The notes under the pieces were generated by a model, which was not told the DNA's origin, made no database searches, and worked only from the letters and a program-made list of their open reading frames with translations. The position numbers and the translations under genes are program-made. From IMG/VR virus record IMGVR_UViG_3300045988_162894: a DNA stretch of 27,920 nt. The stretch is one strand, 5' to 3'. Source of the stretch: a virus (Duplodnaviria > Heunggongvirae > Uroviricota > Caudoviricetes). This document shows, in pieces, positions 16,713 to 26,135 of the stretch; position 1 is the first letter of the stretch, and every line of letters starts with the position of its first letter.

Positions 16713-16881
16713 TTTGATTCTAATGCATTGATAATAAATGATAATCATCTTTATCTGTTTGTGTGAAATTTAGACCGTCGTATGTTGATTATTGCGATGT
16801 TTCATCTTATCTTTTATACGTTTGCTCCATATAATTGACACTACTGTGTACCAGGAAAGTCATAACAGACTAAAAGAGGAA

Positions 16882-17058
16882 ATGATGAACATTGAAGAGT
16901 TAAAAACAAAAACAGAAGCAGATATTTCTGAATATATAACAAAAAAAATCATTGAGCTTAAGAAAAAGACCGGGAAAGAAGTTACCAGTATCCAGTTTAC
17001 TGCACGGGAAAAAATGACTGGTCTTGAAAGCTATGATATCAAGATTGATTTAATCTAG
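16882..17058 (+). CDS. gnsB: GnsA/GnsB-family small protein
   Basis: MNIEELKTKTEADISEYITKKIIELKKKTGKEV...FTAREKMTGLESYD matches recalled GnsB. AGAGGA RBS. Confidence 0.7.
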   Translation: MMNIEELKTKTEADISEYITKKIIELKKKTGKEVTSIQFTAREKMTGLESYDIKIDLI

Positions 17059-17353
17059 TATGTTTATAGTATTAGCATCAATTTCTCATCAGATGCTATT
17101 CAACAATACAAATTACCCATAAACCTCGTTTTTACGGGGTTTTGTTATATTTAAACATTACCGAATAGATATAAATCTCGATTGTCGATGGTATTGGTTG
17201 TGTGACAATACCTAGTCTTTCCGGTATGCCTGAAGAGAATACAAACGACAGATTATGTAAGGGAAACGCGCTGAAACTTTCACTCTTTCATGCTGAGTGA
17301 TTTGACGTTATATTTTTAGCCGCAAGTGAAGAGCAAACGCATGGAGCGACAAA

Positions 17354-17560
17354 ATGCATAAAGATCAATACACTGATGCCCCCTCCCAGGAGCAGGTTCG
17401 TGTAAAAACTATGCTTAATAGCACCATTTCGATGGGTTACCCGGATGTTGTAATTGCATGTATAGAACATCAAGTATCTCTGGAAGCATTCAGGGCAATT
17501 GAGGCCGCGTTAGTAAAGCACGATAAGAATACGAAGGATTATTCCCTGGTGGTTGACTGA
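17354..17560 (+). CDS. Hypothetical small protein (68 aa)
   Basis: ORF with GGAG RBS at 8-nt spacing. No family recognised. Confidence 0.35.
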   Translation: MHKDQYTDAPSQEQVRVKTMLNSTISMGYPDVVIACIEHQVSLEAFRAIEAALVKHDKNTKDYSLVVD

Positions 17561-17899
17561 TCACCATAACTGCTAACCATTCTGACCATTTCACAAGTGA
17601 CAGAGTCAATATCGTATTCTGTCACTGTCAGGCTAATACAGTACTGCAATTCAACTACAGCAATGCCTCGTATTTAGGTGAATTTACAATATCGTCCAGT
17701 TCGGATGCCGGCTGCATTTCTGAAGATAAGGCATTTCGGTTCGCGTATTTTCCCCTCATGCTCGTCAGTCCTGCGCGTAGTAAGAAACAGGATACTCACA
17801 CTAATTTGTGTGGGCATGCTGTGATGTCCTTCTGAATTATCCCCACGCCATTATGTAAAGCTCTGTTTCAGATGCTCGTCACGGTTGTCAGGCTGTCGG

Positions 17900-17950
17900 G
17901 TCCTCCCTGTGGGGGGCCCTGCCACGGGGCGGGAGCGTCGCGGAAAAAGG
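17900..17950. other. Putative cos site (cosN-like core GGGCGGGAGCGT at 17927-17938) about 185 bp upstream of the Nu1-like terminase gene
   Basis: ACGGGGCGGGAGCGTCGCGG resembles the lambda ACG|GGGCGGCGACCTCGCGGG junction as recalled. Spacing to the small-terminase ATG is similar to lambda. Confidence 0.45.
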
Positions 17951-18122
17951 CTAGTTTTTGCATTTCCATGGCGGCGGCAGCATGTTTGGTAATTTATTGA
18001 TAATTAAAAGTTATTTCTCTTTTCACCTGTACAATATTTTTTTCTCCCTGTCATTAGACCAGTTTGCAATTAATTGAAATATATAAATAAACATGATTTT
18101 CACCTGCCAGATGGAGTTGCTT

Positions 18123-18650
18123 ATGTCAAATGTGAGCGGGATCGGTGATGCTTATTACTGGAGTGTTTTTAAAATCGCTGAGGCCTTTGGGCTTCACCGG
18201 GACACAGTAAAAAAACGGCTCCTCGCGGCCAACACTCCTGTGGCTGCGACTATCAGGGGGAACCCCGTTTACGCCCTGCAGCATGTCGGGCCAGCCCTGT
18301 TTAGTGTGAAGCATGAGGCAGCAGACTCTGTTCATGATCCATCCCGTATGGAGCCGAAAGAGAGAAAGGACTGGTACCAATCTGAAAATGAAAGGATCAA
18401 GCTGGAAAAGGAGCAGCGAAAACTCATCCCCGTTGATGAAGTAGTCATCGTCTATTCGTCCATGAGAAAGGCTGTCGTCCAGGTTCTGGAGACAATTCCG
18501 GATGTTCTTGAACGCGATTGCGCCCTGACTCCTCAGGCCGTCGGCGTTGTACAGCAGGCCATTGATGACCTGCGATACACTCTTCAGGAAAAATCCTACG
18601 AGGCTTGTGCTGCTGAATTAATTCCTGATGAGGAAGGAGAGAGTCTCTAG
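18123..18650 (+). CDS. Terminase small subunit (Nu1-like, N-terminal wHTH)
   Basis: GGAG RBS. N-terminal HTH (VFKIAEAFGLHRDTVKKRL). Immediately upstream of the large terminase. Confidence 0.7.
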   Translation: MSNVSGIGDAYYWSVFKIAEAFGLHRDTVKKRLLAANTPVAATIRGNPVYALQHVGPALFSVKHEAADSVHDPSRMEPKERKDWYQSENERIKLEKEQRKLIPVDEVVIVYSSMRKAVVQVLETIPDVLERDCALTPQAVGVVQQAIDDLRYTLQEKSYEACAAELIPDEEGESL

Positions 18651-18658
18651 GAGGAATA

Positions 18659-20758
18659 ATGGGTTTTTCATCAGCCCGAAATTTGGGAAGGGACATATCG
18701 GCAGGATTTTCCCCACCACGTCGCATGCCGATTTCGGAGGCTGTTAAAAAATTCATGCGTGTTCCCAAGGGGGCTGGTAACTCGGTGCCATGGGATCCTG
18801 AACTGACACCCTACATCATTGAGCCCATGAACTGCCTGGCATCGCGTGAATACGATGCGGTGATTTTTGTTGGTCCTGCGCGAACAGGGAAGACCATTGG
18901 TCTGATCGATGGATGGATTGTCTATACCATCGTTTGCGATCCTTCGGACATGCTCGTTGTGCAGATGACCGAAGATAAGGCCCGCGAGCATTCTAAAAAG
19001 CGCCTCGACAGAACGTTCAGAAGCAGTGCGGCGGTAAAGAAAAGAATGAGTCCACGTCGTAACGACAATAATGTCCATGATAAGACGTTCAGGGATGGCT
19101 CGTTCCTTAAAATTGGTTGGCCCTCGGTCAACATTATGTCGTCGTCGGATTACCGGTTTGTCGCCTTAACCGATTACGACCGTTTTCCGGAGAATATCGA
19201 CAGCGAGGGTGATGGTTTCTCCCTGGCCTCAAAACGTACCACCACATTTATGTCCGCCGGGATGACTCTGGTGGAGAGCTCGCCGGGACGTGACATCTGC
19301 GACAGCAAATGGCGACGTAAGTCGCCTCATGAAGCGCCACCGACGACTGGTATTCTTTCCCTTTACAATCGTGGTGACCGCCGCCGCTGGTACTGGCCAT
19401 GTCCGCACTGCGGTGAATATTTTCAGCCAGCCATGGATGCCATGACCGGCTACCGTAATGAACCGGATCCCTTTAAAGCCAGTGAGGCGGCGTATCTACT
19501 TTGCCCGCACTGCAGCGGCATTATCACTGCGGAGAAAAAGCGTGAGCTCAATAGTGCAGGAGTCTGGTTGCGTGAAGGGCAGGTCATTGATCGTAACGGC
19601 AACGTTTCCGGTGAACCGCGCCGCTCCCGTATCGCCAGTTTCTGGATGGAAGGGCCAGCTGCTGCGTATCAGACCTGGGCGCAACTGGTTTACAAATTAC
19701 TGACTGCAGAACAGGAGTATGAAGCGACAGGAAGCGAAGAAACACTCAGGGCGGTTATCAACACCGACTGGGGATTGCCTTATCTTCCTCGTGCCAGCAT
19801 GGAGCAACGAAAAAGTGAATTGCTTGAGCAGCGGGCAGAGCCAGTTCCTTCCCGCAGTGTGCCGGATGGCGTTAATTTCCTTGTGGCGACAGTGGATGTG
19901 CAGGCGGGACGTCATCGCCGTTTTGTGGTTCAGGTAACGGGCTATGGCAGCCGTGGCGAACGCTGGATTATTGATCGTTACAACATCACGCAGTCATTGC
20001 GCGGTGACAGCGACGGGGAGAGCCAGCGAATTGATCCAGCCAGCTATCCGGAAGACTGGGATGTCCTGCTGACGGATGTTTTTCATAAAAGCTGGCCGCT
20101 GGCCTCCGACCCTTCTCAACAAATGCGACTGATGGCAATGGCGGTGGACTCCGGCGGTGAAGACGGGGTCACTGATAATGCCTATAAATTCTGGCGTCGT
20201 TGCCGTCGTGATGGCCTTGGTAAACGTATTTACCTGTTTAAGGGCGACAGCATCCGGCGCGCAAAACTGATCACCCGTACATTCCCTGATAACACCGGAC
20301 GAACGGGCCGACGGGCGCAGGCCGCAGGTGATGTGCCGCTCTGGCTTCTTCAGACGGATGCCCTGAAAGACCGGGTGAATAACGCGTTATGGCGTGACTC
20401 GCCAGGTCCCGGCTATGTGCATTTCCCTGACTGGCTGGGGAGCTGGTTTTACGACGAACTGACGTATGAAGAGCGGAGCAGTGACGGGAAATGGAGTAAG
20501 CCGGGTCGCGGTGCCAACGAAGCTTTTGACCTGATGGTGTATGCCGAGGCTCTGGTCATTCTGCATGGATACGAAAAGATCCGCTGGCCGGATGCACCGG
20601 AGTGGGCGAGCCGGGAAGCCTGGCTGGAGTGTGTCCCGGACAGTACCGAACCGTCACCCTCACCGGAACCGGTATCCACGCCTGTTAAAAAACAAAAACG
20701 GAAGAAAACAGTAACTGACGATGTTAACCCCTGGCTGACTTCCGGAGGATGGTTATGA
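18659..20758 (+). CDS. Terminase large subunit (lambda gpA family)
   Basis: 699 aa. Walker A-like GPARTGKT. GGAGG RBS. Size and position as for lambda A. Confidence 0.9.
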   Translation: MGFSSARNLGRDISAGFSPPRRMPISEAVKKFMRVPKGAGNSVPWDPELTPYIIEPMNCLASREYDAVIFVGPARTGKTIGLIDGWIVYTIVCDPSDMLVVQMTEDKAREHSKKRLDRTFRSSAAVKKRMSPRRNDNNVHDKTFRDGSFLKIGWPSVNIMSSSDYRFVALTDYDRFPENIDSEGDGFSLASKRTTTFMSAGMTLVESSPGRDICDSKWRRKSPHEAPPTTGILSLYNRGDRRRWYWPCPHCGEYFQPAMDAMTGYRNEPDPFKASEAAYLLCPHCSGIITAEKKRELNSAGVWLREGQVIDRNGNVSGEPRRSRIASFWMEGPAAAYQTWAQLVYKLLTAEQEYEATGSEETLRAVINTDWGLPYLPRASMEQRKSELLEQRAEPVPSRSVPDGVNFLVATVDVQAGRHRRFVVQVTGYGSRGERWIIDRYNITQSLRGDSDGESQRIDPASYPEDWDVLLTDVFHKSWPLASDPSQQMRLMAMAVDSGGEDGVTDNAYKFWRRCRRDGLGKRIYLFKGDSIRRAKLITRTFPDNTGRTGRRAQAAGDVPLWLLQTDALKDRVNNALWRDSPGPGYVHFPDWLGSWFYDELTYEERSSDGKWSKPGRGANEAFDLMVYAEALVILHGYEKIRWPDAPEWASREAWLECVPDSTEPSPSPEPVSTPVKKQKRKKTVTDDVNPWLTSGGWL

Positions 20759-20967
20759 ATCAGAATGATATTGAAGCCATGATTCAGCGTTATACGGAAG
20801 CTGAAATGGCGGTGCTGGACGGAAAATCCGTCACTTTTAATGGTCAGCAGATGACCATGGAAAACTTATCTGAGATCCGGCAGGGGCGGCAGGAGTGGGA
20901 GCGCCGCCTTGCGGCTCTGATTACACGACGACGTGGGCATCCCGGGTACCGGCTGGCGAGGTTCTGA
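20755..20967 (+). CDS. W: gpW-like head-tail joining protein
   Basis: 70 aa ending RRRGHPGY, resembling the lambda W C-terminus. ATGA overlap with the terminase stop. GGAGG RBS. Confidence 0.65.
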   Translation: MNQNDIEAMIQRYTEAEMAVLDGKSVTFNGQQMTMENLSEIRQGRQEWERRLAALITRRRGHPGYRLARF

Positions 20968-22442
20968 TGGCAATTCTTGATGATGTGATTGGCGTTTTTT
21001 CACCAGGATGGAAAGCGGCAAGGCTGCGTTCCCGTGCGGTGATCCAGGCTTATGAGGCCGTAAAAACGACGCGGACACACAAAGCCCGACGGGAGAACCG
21101 AACTGCCGACCAGTTAAGCCAGTACGGGGCCGTGTCGTTACGTGAGCAGGCCCGTTACCTTGATAACAACCACGATCTGGTTATTGGTGTATTTGACAAG
21201 CTGGAAGAACGGGTGGTGGGGAAAAACGGGATTATTGTCGAGCCACATCCGGTATTACGCAATGGGGCCATTGCCCGTGATCTGGCAGCGGAGATACGTA
21301 CCCGATGGAGTGAATGGTCTGTCAGTCCGGAGGTCACCGGGCAGTTTACCCGTCCGATGCTGGAACGTCTGATGCTGCGTACCTGGCTGCGCGATGGTGA
21401 GGTGTTTGCCCAGATGGTTTCCGGGCGCATAAACAGCCTGACGCCTTCTGCCGGTGTTCATTTCTGGCTGGAGGCGCTCGAGCCGGACTTTATTCCCATG
21501 ACCAGTGATGAGAGCAACAGGCTGAATCAGGGCGTGTTTGTTGATGACTGGGGGCGTCCCGAAAAATATCTGGTGTATAAAAGTCGTCCTGTATCCGGAC
21601 GGCAGATGGAAACCAAAGAAGTGGATGCAGAGCGAATGCTGCATCTTAAATTTGTTCGCCGTCTGCACCAGATGCGCGGGACGTCTTTATTGTCCGGTGT
21701 GCTGATCCGCCTCAGCGCCCTGAAAGAGTATGAAGATTCTGAGCTGACTGCAGCAAGGGTCGCCGCTGCTCTGGGGATGTACATCCGCAAAGGCGACGGA
21801 CAGAGCTATGAAACGGATGGTAATTACAGCAAGGAGAATGAACGCGAGCTTACCATTCAGCCAGGCATTATTTACGACGATCTGAAACCCGGCGAAGAAA
21901 TCGGAATGGTGAAGTCGGATCGCCCAAATCCTAACCTTGAAACTTTTCGTAATGCTCAGTTGCGTGCCGTGGCGGCGGGCAGTCGTCTGAGTTTTTCCAG
22001 TACAGCGCGCAACTATAACGGCACTTACAGCGCCCAGCGTCAGGAGCTGGTTGAATCCACTGATGGCTACCTGATCCTGCAGGACTGGTTTATTGGTGCC
22101 GTCACCCGCCCGATGTATCGTGCCTGGCTGAAACAGGCTGTGGCATCCGGTGTTATCAGGCTACCCCGCGATCTTGACCGTTCTTCACTGTATACCGCGG
22201 TGTATTCCGGACCGGTGATGCCGTGGATTGATCCTGTTAAGGAGGCTGAGGCCTGGAAAATCCAGATTCGTGGTGGAGCGGCGACAGAATCAGACTGGGT
22301 ACGTGCAGGTGGTCGTAATCCGGATGATGTCAAACGTCGGCGCAAGGCCGAAATTGATGAAAACCGCAAGCTGGACCTGGTATTTGATACCGATCCGGCC
22401 AGTGATAAAGGAGGCAGCAGTGCCGCAACGAAACGACAGTAG
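20967..22442 (+). CDS. Portal protein (lambda gpB family)
   Basis: 491 aa, start overlapping the W stop (TGATG). Position and size. Confidence 0.8.
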   Translation: MAILDDVIGVFSPGWKAARLRSRAVIQAYEAVKTTRTHKARRENRTADQLSQYGAVSLREQARYLDNNHDLVIGVFDKLEERVVGKNGIIVEPHPVLRNGAIARDLAAEIRTRWSEWSVSPEVTGQFTRPMLERLMLRTWLRDGEVFAQMVSGRINSLTPSAGVHFWLEALEPDFIPMTSDESNRLNQGVFVDDWGRPEKYLVYKSRPVSGRQMETKEVDAERMLHLKFVRRLHQMRGTSLLSGVLIRLSALKEYEDSELTAARVAAALGMYIRKGDGQSYETDGNYSKENERELTIQPGIIYDDLKPGEEIGMVKSDRPNPNLETFRNAQLRAVAAGSRLSFSSTARNYNGTYSAQRQELVESTDGYLILQDWFIGAVTRPMYRAWLKQAVASGVIRLPRDLDRSSLYTAVYSGPVMPWIDPVKEAEAWKIQIRGGAATESDWVRAGGRNPDDVKRRRKAEIDENRKLDLVFDTDPASDKGGSSAATKRQ

Positions 22443-24447
22443 CCGCAGTACACCGACGACCAGTCCGAAGAATAATTCCTGGTTCAGGATGCAGGCTGGT
22501 CACCAGAGTGACGCGGATATTTATATTTATGACGAGATTGGTTTCTGGGGTGTTACAGCGAAGCAGTTTATCAGTGATCTGAATGCACTGGGCGATATCA
22601 CCCACATTAATCTCCATATCAATTCACCGGGTGGCGATGTCTTCGAAGGCATCGCCATTTTTAATGCGCTGAAAACACATGGTGCGTCCATTACCGTTTA
22701 TGTCGACGGTGTGGCGGCATCAATGGCGTCGGTCATTGCGATGGTGGGAAACCCGGTCATTATGCCGGAAAACACCTTCATGATGATTCATAAACCATTT
22801 GGCTTTACGGGCGGTGATGCGGAGGACATGCGCACCTATGCCGACCTGCTCGATAAAGTTGAGGCGGTTCTGTTACCCGCTTATGCACAGAAAACCGGGA
22901 AAACCACCGATGAAATTGCTGCCATGCTGGCGGATGAGACCTGGATGTCCGGTGCCGAATGTCTGGCACATGGATTTGCTGATCAGGTGACGCCAGCCGT
23001 TAAGGCAATGGCATGTATTCAGTCAAAACGTACAGAGGAATTTAAAAAGATGCCGGAATCCATTCGAAACATGATTACTCCGCCACGCAACAGTGCTCCA
23101 CGCGTACAGGATAATGAACCTGCAGCTTCCCGGACGCCAGTGCAGGCAGCAGCACCCGTGGTGGATGAAAACAGTATCCGTGCGCAGGTACTGGCAGAGC
23201 AAAAAGCGCGTGTAAACGGTATTAATGATCTGTTTGCCATGTTTGGCGGGCGTTATCAGACGCTGCAGGCTCAGTGTCTTGCCGATCCTGAATGTTCGCT
23301 GGAGCAGGCCCGCGAAAAGCTGTTGAACGAGATGGGGCGCGAGTCCACGCCATCCAATAAAAATACCCCGGCTCATATTTATGCCGGTAACGGTAATTTT
23401 GTGGGGGACGGGATCCGCCAGGCGCTGATGGCGCGTGCCGGATTTGAAAAAACCGAACGTGATAATGTCTACAACGGGATGACCCTGCGTGAATATGCCC
23501 GTATGTCACTGACTGAACGGGGTATTGGGGTTTCCAGTTATAACCCGATGCAGATGGTCGGTGCGGCGTTCACACACAGTACGTCTGACTTCGGTAATAT
23601 TCTGCTGGATGTTGCGAACAAAGCCATTCTGCAGGGCTGGGAAGATGCCCCTGAAACCTATGAACAGTGGACGCGGAAAGGTCAGTTGTCTGATTTTAAA
23701 ATTGCCCATCGTGTGGGTATGGGGGGCTTCAGTGCTCTGCGTCAGGTGCGTGAAGGGGCGGAATATAAATACGTCACCACCGGAGATAAACAGGCCACTA
23801 TTGCACTGGCGACCTATGGCGAGCTGTTCAGTATCACCCGTCAGGCCATTATCAATGATGATCTGAATATGCTGACCGATGTCCCGATGAAACTGGGCCG
23901 TGCGGCGAAATCCACTATTGCCGATCTGGTTTATGCCATTCTGACGTCTAACCCGAAAATCTCCACAGATAATGTAAGTCTGTTCGATAAAGCGAAACAT
24001 GCAAACGTACTGGAGAGCGCTGCAATGGACGTGGCATCGCTGGATAAAGCCCGCCAGTTGATGCGCGTTCAGAAAGAGGGGGAGCGTCATCTGAATATTC
24101 GTCCTGCGTTCGTACTGGTACCGACGGCGATGGAGTCTGTTGCTAACCAGGTCATTCGCTCCTCAAGTGTCAAGGGGGCTGACATTAACGCCGGTATTAT
24201 TAACCCGGTGAAAGATTTTGCGACCGTTATTGCAGAGCCTCGTCTTGATGATAACAGCCAGACCACCTTCTACCTGGCTGCGTCAAAAGGCTCCGATACG
24301 ATTGAAGTGGCTTATCTCAACGGTGTGGATACGCCATATATTGATCAGATGGAGGGCTTCAGTGTGGATGGCGTGACAACGAAAGTGCGTATTGACGCCG
24401 GTGTCGCGCCAGTTGATCACCGCGGTCTGGTGAAATGTACGGCGTAA
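22420..24447 (+). CDS. Fusion ORF: ClpP/S49-type prohead protease domain + linker + major capsid protein domain
   Basis: GTG 22420 with GGAGG RBS (alternative ATG 22489). N-terminal protease-like region (INSPGGDVFEGIAIFNALK...ASMASVIAM). The C-terminal 350 aa are capsid-like. One uninterrupted frame. Confidence 0.75.
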   Translation: MPQRNDSSRSTPTTSPKNNSWFRMQAGHQSDADIYIYDEIGFWGVTAKQFISDLNALGDITHINLHINSPGGDVFEGIAIFNALKTHGASITVYVDGVAASMASVIAMVGNPVIMPENTFMMIHKPFGFTGGDAEDMRTYADLLDKVEAVLLPAYAQKTGKTTDEIAAMLADETWMSGAECLAHGFADQVTPAVKAMACIQSKRTEEFKKMPESIRNMITPPRNSAPRVQDNEPAASRTPVQAAAPVVDENSIRAQVLAEQKARVNGINDLFAMFGGRYQTLQAQCLADPECSLEQAREKLLNEMGRESTPSNKNTPAHIYAGNGNFVGDGIRQALMARAGFEKTERDNVYNGMTLREYARMSLTERGIGVSSYNPMQMVGAAFTHSTSDFGNILLDVANKAILQGWEDAPETYEQWTRKGQLSDFKIAHRVGMGGFSALRQVREGAEYKYVTTGDKQATIALATYGELFSITRQAIINDDLNMLTDVPMKLGRAAKSTIADLVYAILTSNPKISTDNVSLFDKAKHANVLESAAMDVASLDKARQLMRVQKEGERHLNIRPAFVLVPTAMESVANQVIRSSSVKGADINAGIINPVKDFATVIAEPRLDDNSQTTFYLAASKGSDTIEVAYLNGVDTPYIDQMEGFSVDGVTTKVRIDAGVAPVDHRGLVKCTA

Positions 24448-24471
24448 ACGTCGCAGACAACAACTCTGATG

Positions 24472-24490
24472 GCCCGTAAGGGCTTTTTTT
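24472..24490 (+). terminator. Short hairpin plus T7 run after the capsid gene (weak terminator or attenuator)
   Basis: GCCC-GTAA-GGGC followed by TTTTTTT. Confidence 0.45.
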
Positions 24491-24533
24491 GTACCTGAAA
24501 TCAGCCCCTGAACGGGGCTGTGCGGAGACAGTT

Positions 24534-24857
24534 ATGGCAAAGAATTTTGTAGAAGAAGGAAAAACGGTGGCGATTGTTGCCAGTGCAGCCATCAGCAGCG
24601 GAGATCTGGTGCAGGTGGGTGATGTTTTTGCGGTAGCGCTGACCGATATTCCACAGGGTGAAACAGGCGACGGCATGACCGAAGGTGTGTTTATCCTGCC
24701 TAAGCTGAAAACGGATGACATGAAAACGGGTAAGAAGGTTTATCTGAAGTCCGGAAAAGTTCAGCTGACTAACAGCGGCTCTGATCCGCTGGTCGGGGTT
24801 GTCTGGGCAGATGCCGGAACCAGTGCAGAAGAAGTGCCGGTAAAACTCAATGTCTGA
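24534..24857 (+). CDS. Small head protein, possibly DUF2190-type decoration/cement protein
   Basis: 107 aa with GGAG RBS directly after the capsid gene. Family recalled, not verified. Confidence 0.45.
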   Translation: MAKNFVEEGKTVAIVASAAISSGDLVQVGDVFAVALTDIPQGETGDGMTEGVFILPKLKTDDMKTGKKVYLKSGKVQLTNSGSDPLVGVVWADAGTSAEEVPVKLNV

Positions 24858-25125
24858 TCCCTTTTCCCGGCTGGCAGCGCGTATGGATGCGATCACGGTC
24901 AGAAAGATGGGAAAGACAGCCTCGATTAATGATGTCGATATGACTGTGATCCCGGGAGAAACACTGGCAGAGCTGAATGCTCTGTCCGGACCTGCGGTCT
25001 CTCTGGTGGTGTTTTCTTCGGGATACCGCCCACGGCGCGGGGATCGCGTTGTTTATGACGGACAACAATGGACGGTCACACGGCATGAACGCTTTAACGG
25101 TAAGCCAATGATCTTTATTGAGTAA
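24850..25125 (+). CDS. Head completion / head-tail adaptor-like small protein
   Basis: 91-aa ORF between the head and tail modules (FII-like position). Confidence 0.4.
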   Translation: MSDPFSRLAARMDAITVRKMGKTASINDVDMTVIPGETLAELNALSGPAVSLVVFSSGYRPRRGDRVVYDGQQWTVTRHERFNGKPMIFIE

Positions 25126-25136
25126 AGAGGTGTGGG

Positions 25137-25727
25137 ATGAAGGGGCTTGAGAATGCTATCCGCAATCTGAACAGCCTTGATACCCGTATGGTGCCACAGG
25201 CCAGCGCATGGGCGATAAACCGTGTGGCACAGAAAGCGGTCTCGGTTGCCACCCGGCAGGTTGCCGGGAATACCGTTGCGGGAGATAACCAGGTGAAAGG
25301 GATCCCCCTGAAACTGGTACGTCAGCGTGTCCGGGTGTTTAAAGCCAGTCCGTCAGGAAAAATGACGGCCAGGATCCGCGTTAACCGGGGCAATCTGCCC
25401 GCCATCAAACTGAACACAACACGGCGGCGTGCTGGTGAAGGATTGAGAGTGGGAAAATACTTTTTCCGGGGGGCATTTATTCAGCAACTGGCGAATGGCC
25501 GCTGGCATGTTCTGAGGCGTCTTCCTGAAGCGCGTTTTGCAACAGGGCATGACCATCAGGGCAGGCCAAGAAAAAATCGTCTTCCTGTGGAGGTAGTGAA
25601 AATCCCGCTGTCCGGACCGCTGACACAGGCATTTGAAGATGCCCGCGACCGCATCATTGCTGCGGAAATGCCGAAACAGCTGGGGTATGCACTGAAACAA
25701 CAACTGAGGTTATGGCTGACCCGATGA
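25137..25727 (+). CDS. Minor tail protein Z-like (tail completion)
   Basis: 196 aa with AAGAGGTG RBS, immediately upstream of the U homolog. Confidence 0.6.
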   Translation: MKGLENAIRNLNSLDTRMVPQASAWAINRVAQKAVSVATRQVAGNTVAGDNQVKGIPLKLVRQRVRVFKASPSGKMTARIRVNRGNLPAIKLNTTRRRAGEGLRVGKYFFRGAFIQQLANGRWHVLRRLPEARFATGHDHQGRPRKNRLPVEVVKIPLSGPLTQAFEDARDRIIAAEMPKQLGYALKQQLRLWLTR

Positions 25728-26125
25728 ACCGACATACACAAATCCGCCAGGTCGTACTGGCACGCCTTCGGGAACAGTGTGGAGACAGCGCCACGTTTTT
25801 TGACGGGCTTCCGGCATTTGTTGATGCGCAGGAACTGCCTGCCGTGGCGGTGTGGCTGAGTGATGCTCAGTACACCGGAAAAATGACGGATGAAGATGAC
25901 TGGCAGGCTGTTCTGCATATTGCTGTCTTCATCCGGGCACAGGCACCGGATTCAGAGCTGGATATGTGGATGGAGAGCACCATTTTCCCGGCCCTGAATG
26001 ATGTACCAGCACTTTCCGGACTCATCGACACCCTGATCCCACTCGGTTTTAACTATCAACGTGATAATGAGATGGCCACCTGGGCGATGGCGGAAATCAC
26101 GTACCAGATCACGTACACGAATTAA
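25712..26125 (+). CDS. U: Tail terminator protein gpU
   Basis: ATFFDG.PA..D....PAVAV.L..A.YTG......D.WQA.LHI.VF..AQ.PDSELD.WMES matches recalled lambda U. Confidence 0.8.
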   Translation: MADPMNRHTQIRQVVLARLREQCGDSATFFDGLPAFVDAQELPAVAVWLSDAQYTGKMTDEDDWQAVLHIAVFIRAQAPDSELDMWMESTIFPALNDVPALSGLIDTLIPLGFNYQRDNEMATWAMAEITYQITYTN

Positions 26126-26135
26126 GGAGGTGGTA

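Noticed and set aside
17113-17145. Possible terminator hairpin after the gnsB-like gene
   Set aside because: The stem pairs imperfectly (AAACCTCG versus CGGGGTTT) and is not followed by a clean T-run.
21155-21790. Minus-strand ORFs (91, 137 and 87 aa) inside the portal gene
   Set aside because: These are antisense frames within a well-supported long structural gene; the Arg/Ser-rich products are typical of GC-biased antisense frames.
22228-22419. Upstream start for the capsid fusion ORF at 22228
   Set aside because: It would overlap 215 bp of the portal gene. A GTG at 22420 with a GGAGG RBS, just at the portal stop, is the more plausible start.
23019-24090. Minus-strand ORFs (73, 117, 95 and 194 aa) inside the protease-capsid fusion gene
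   Set aside because: Same reasoning: they are antisense to a long, coherent structural ORF and have no independent signals.
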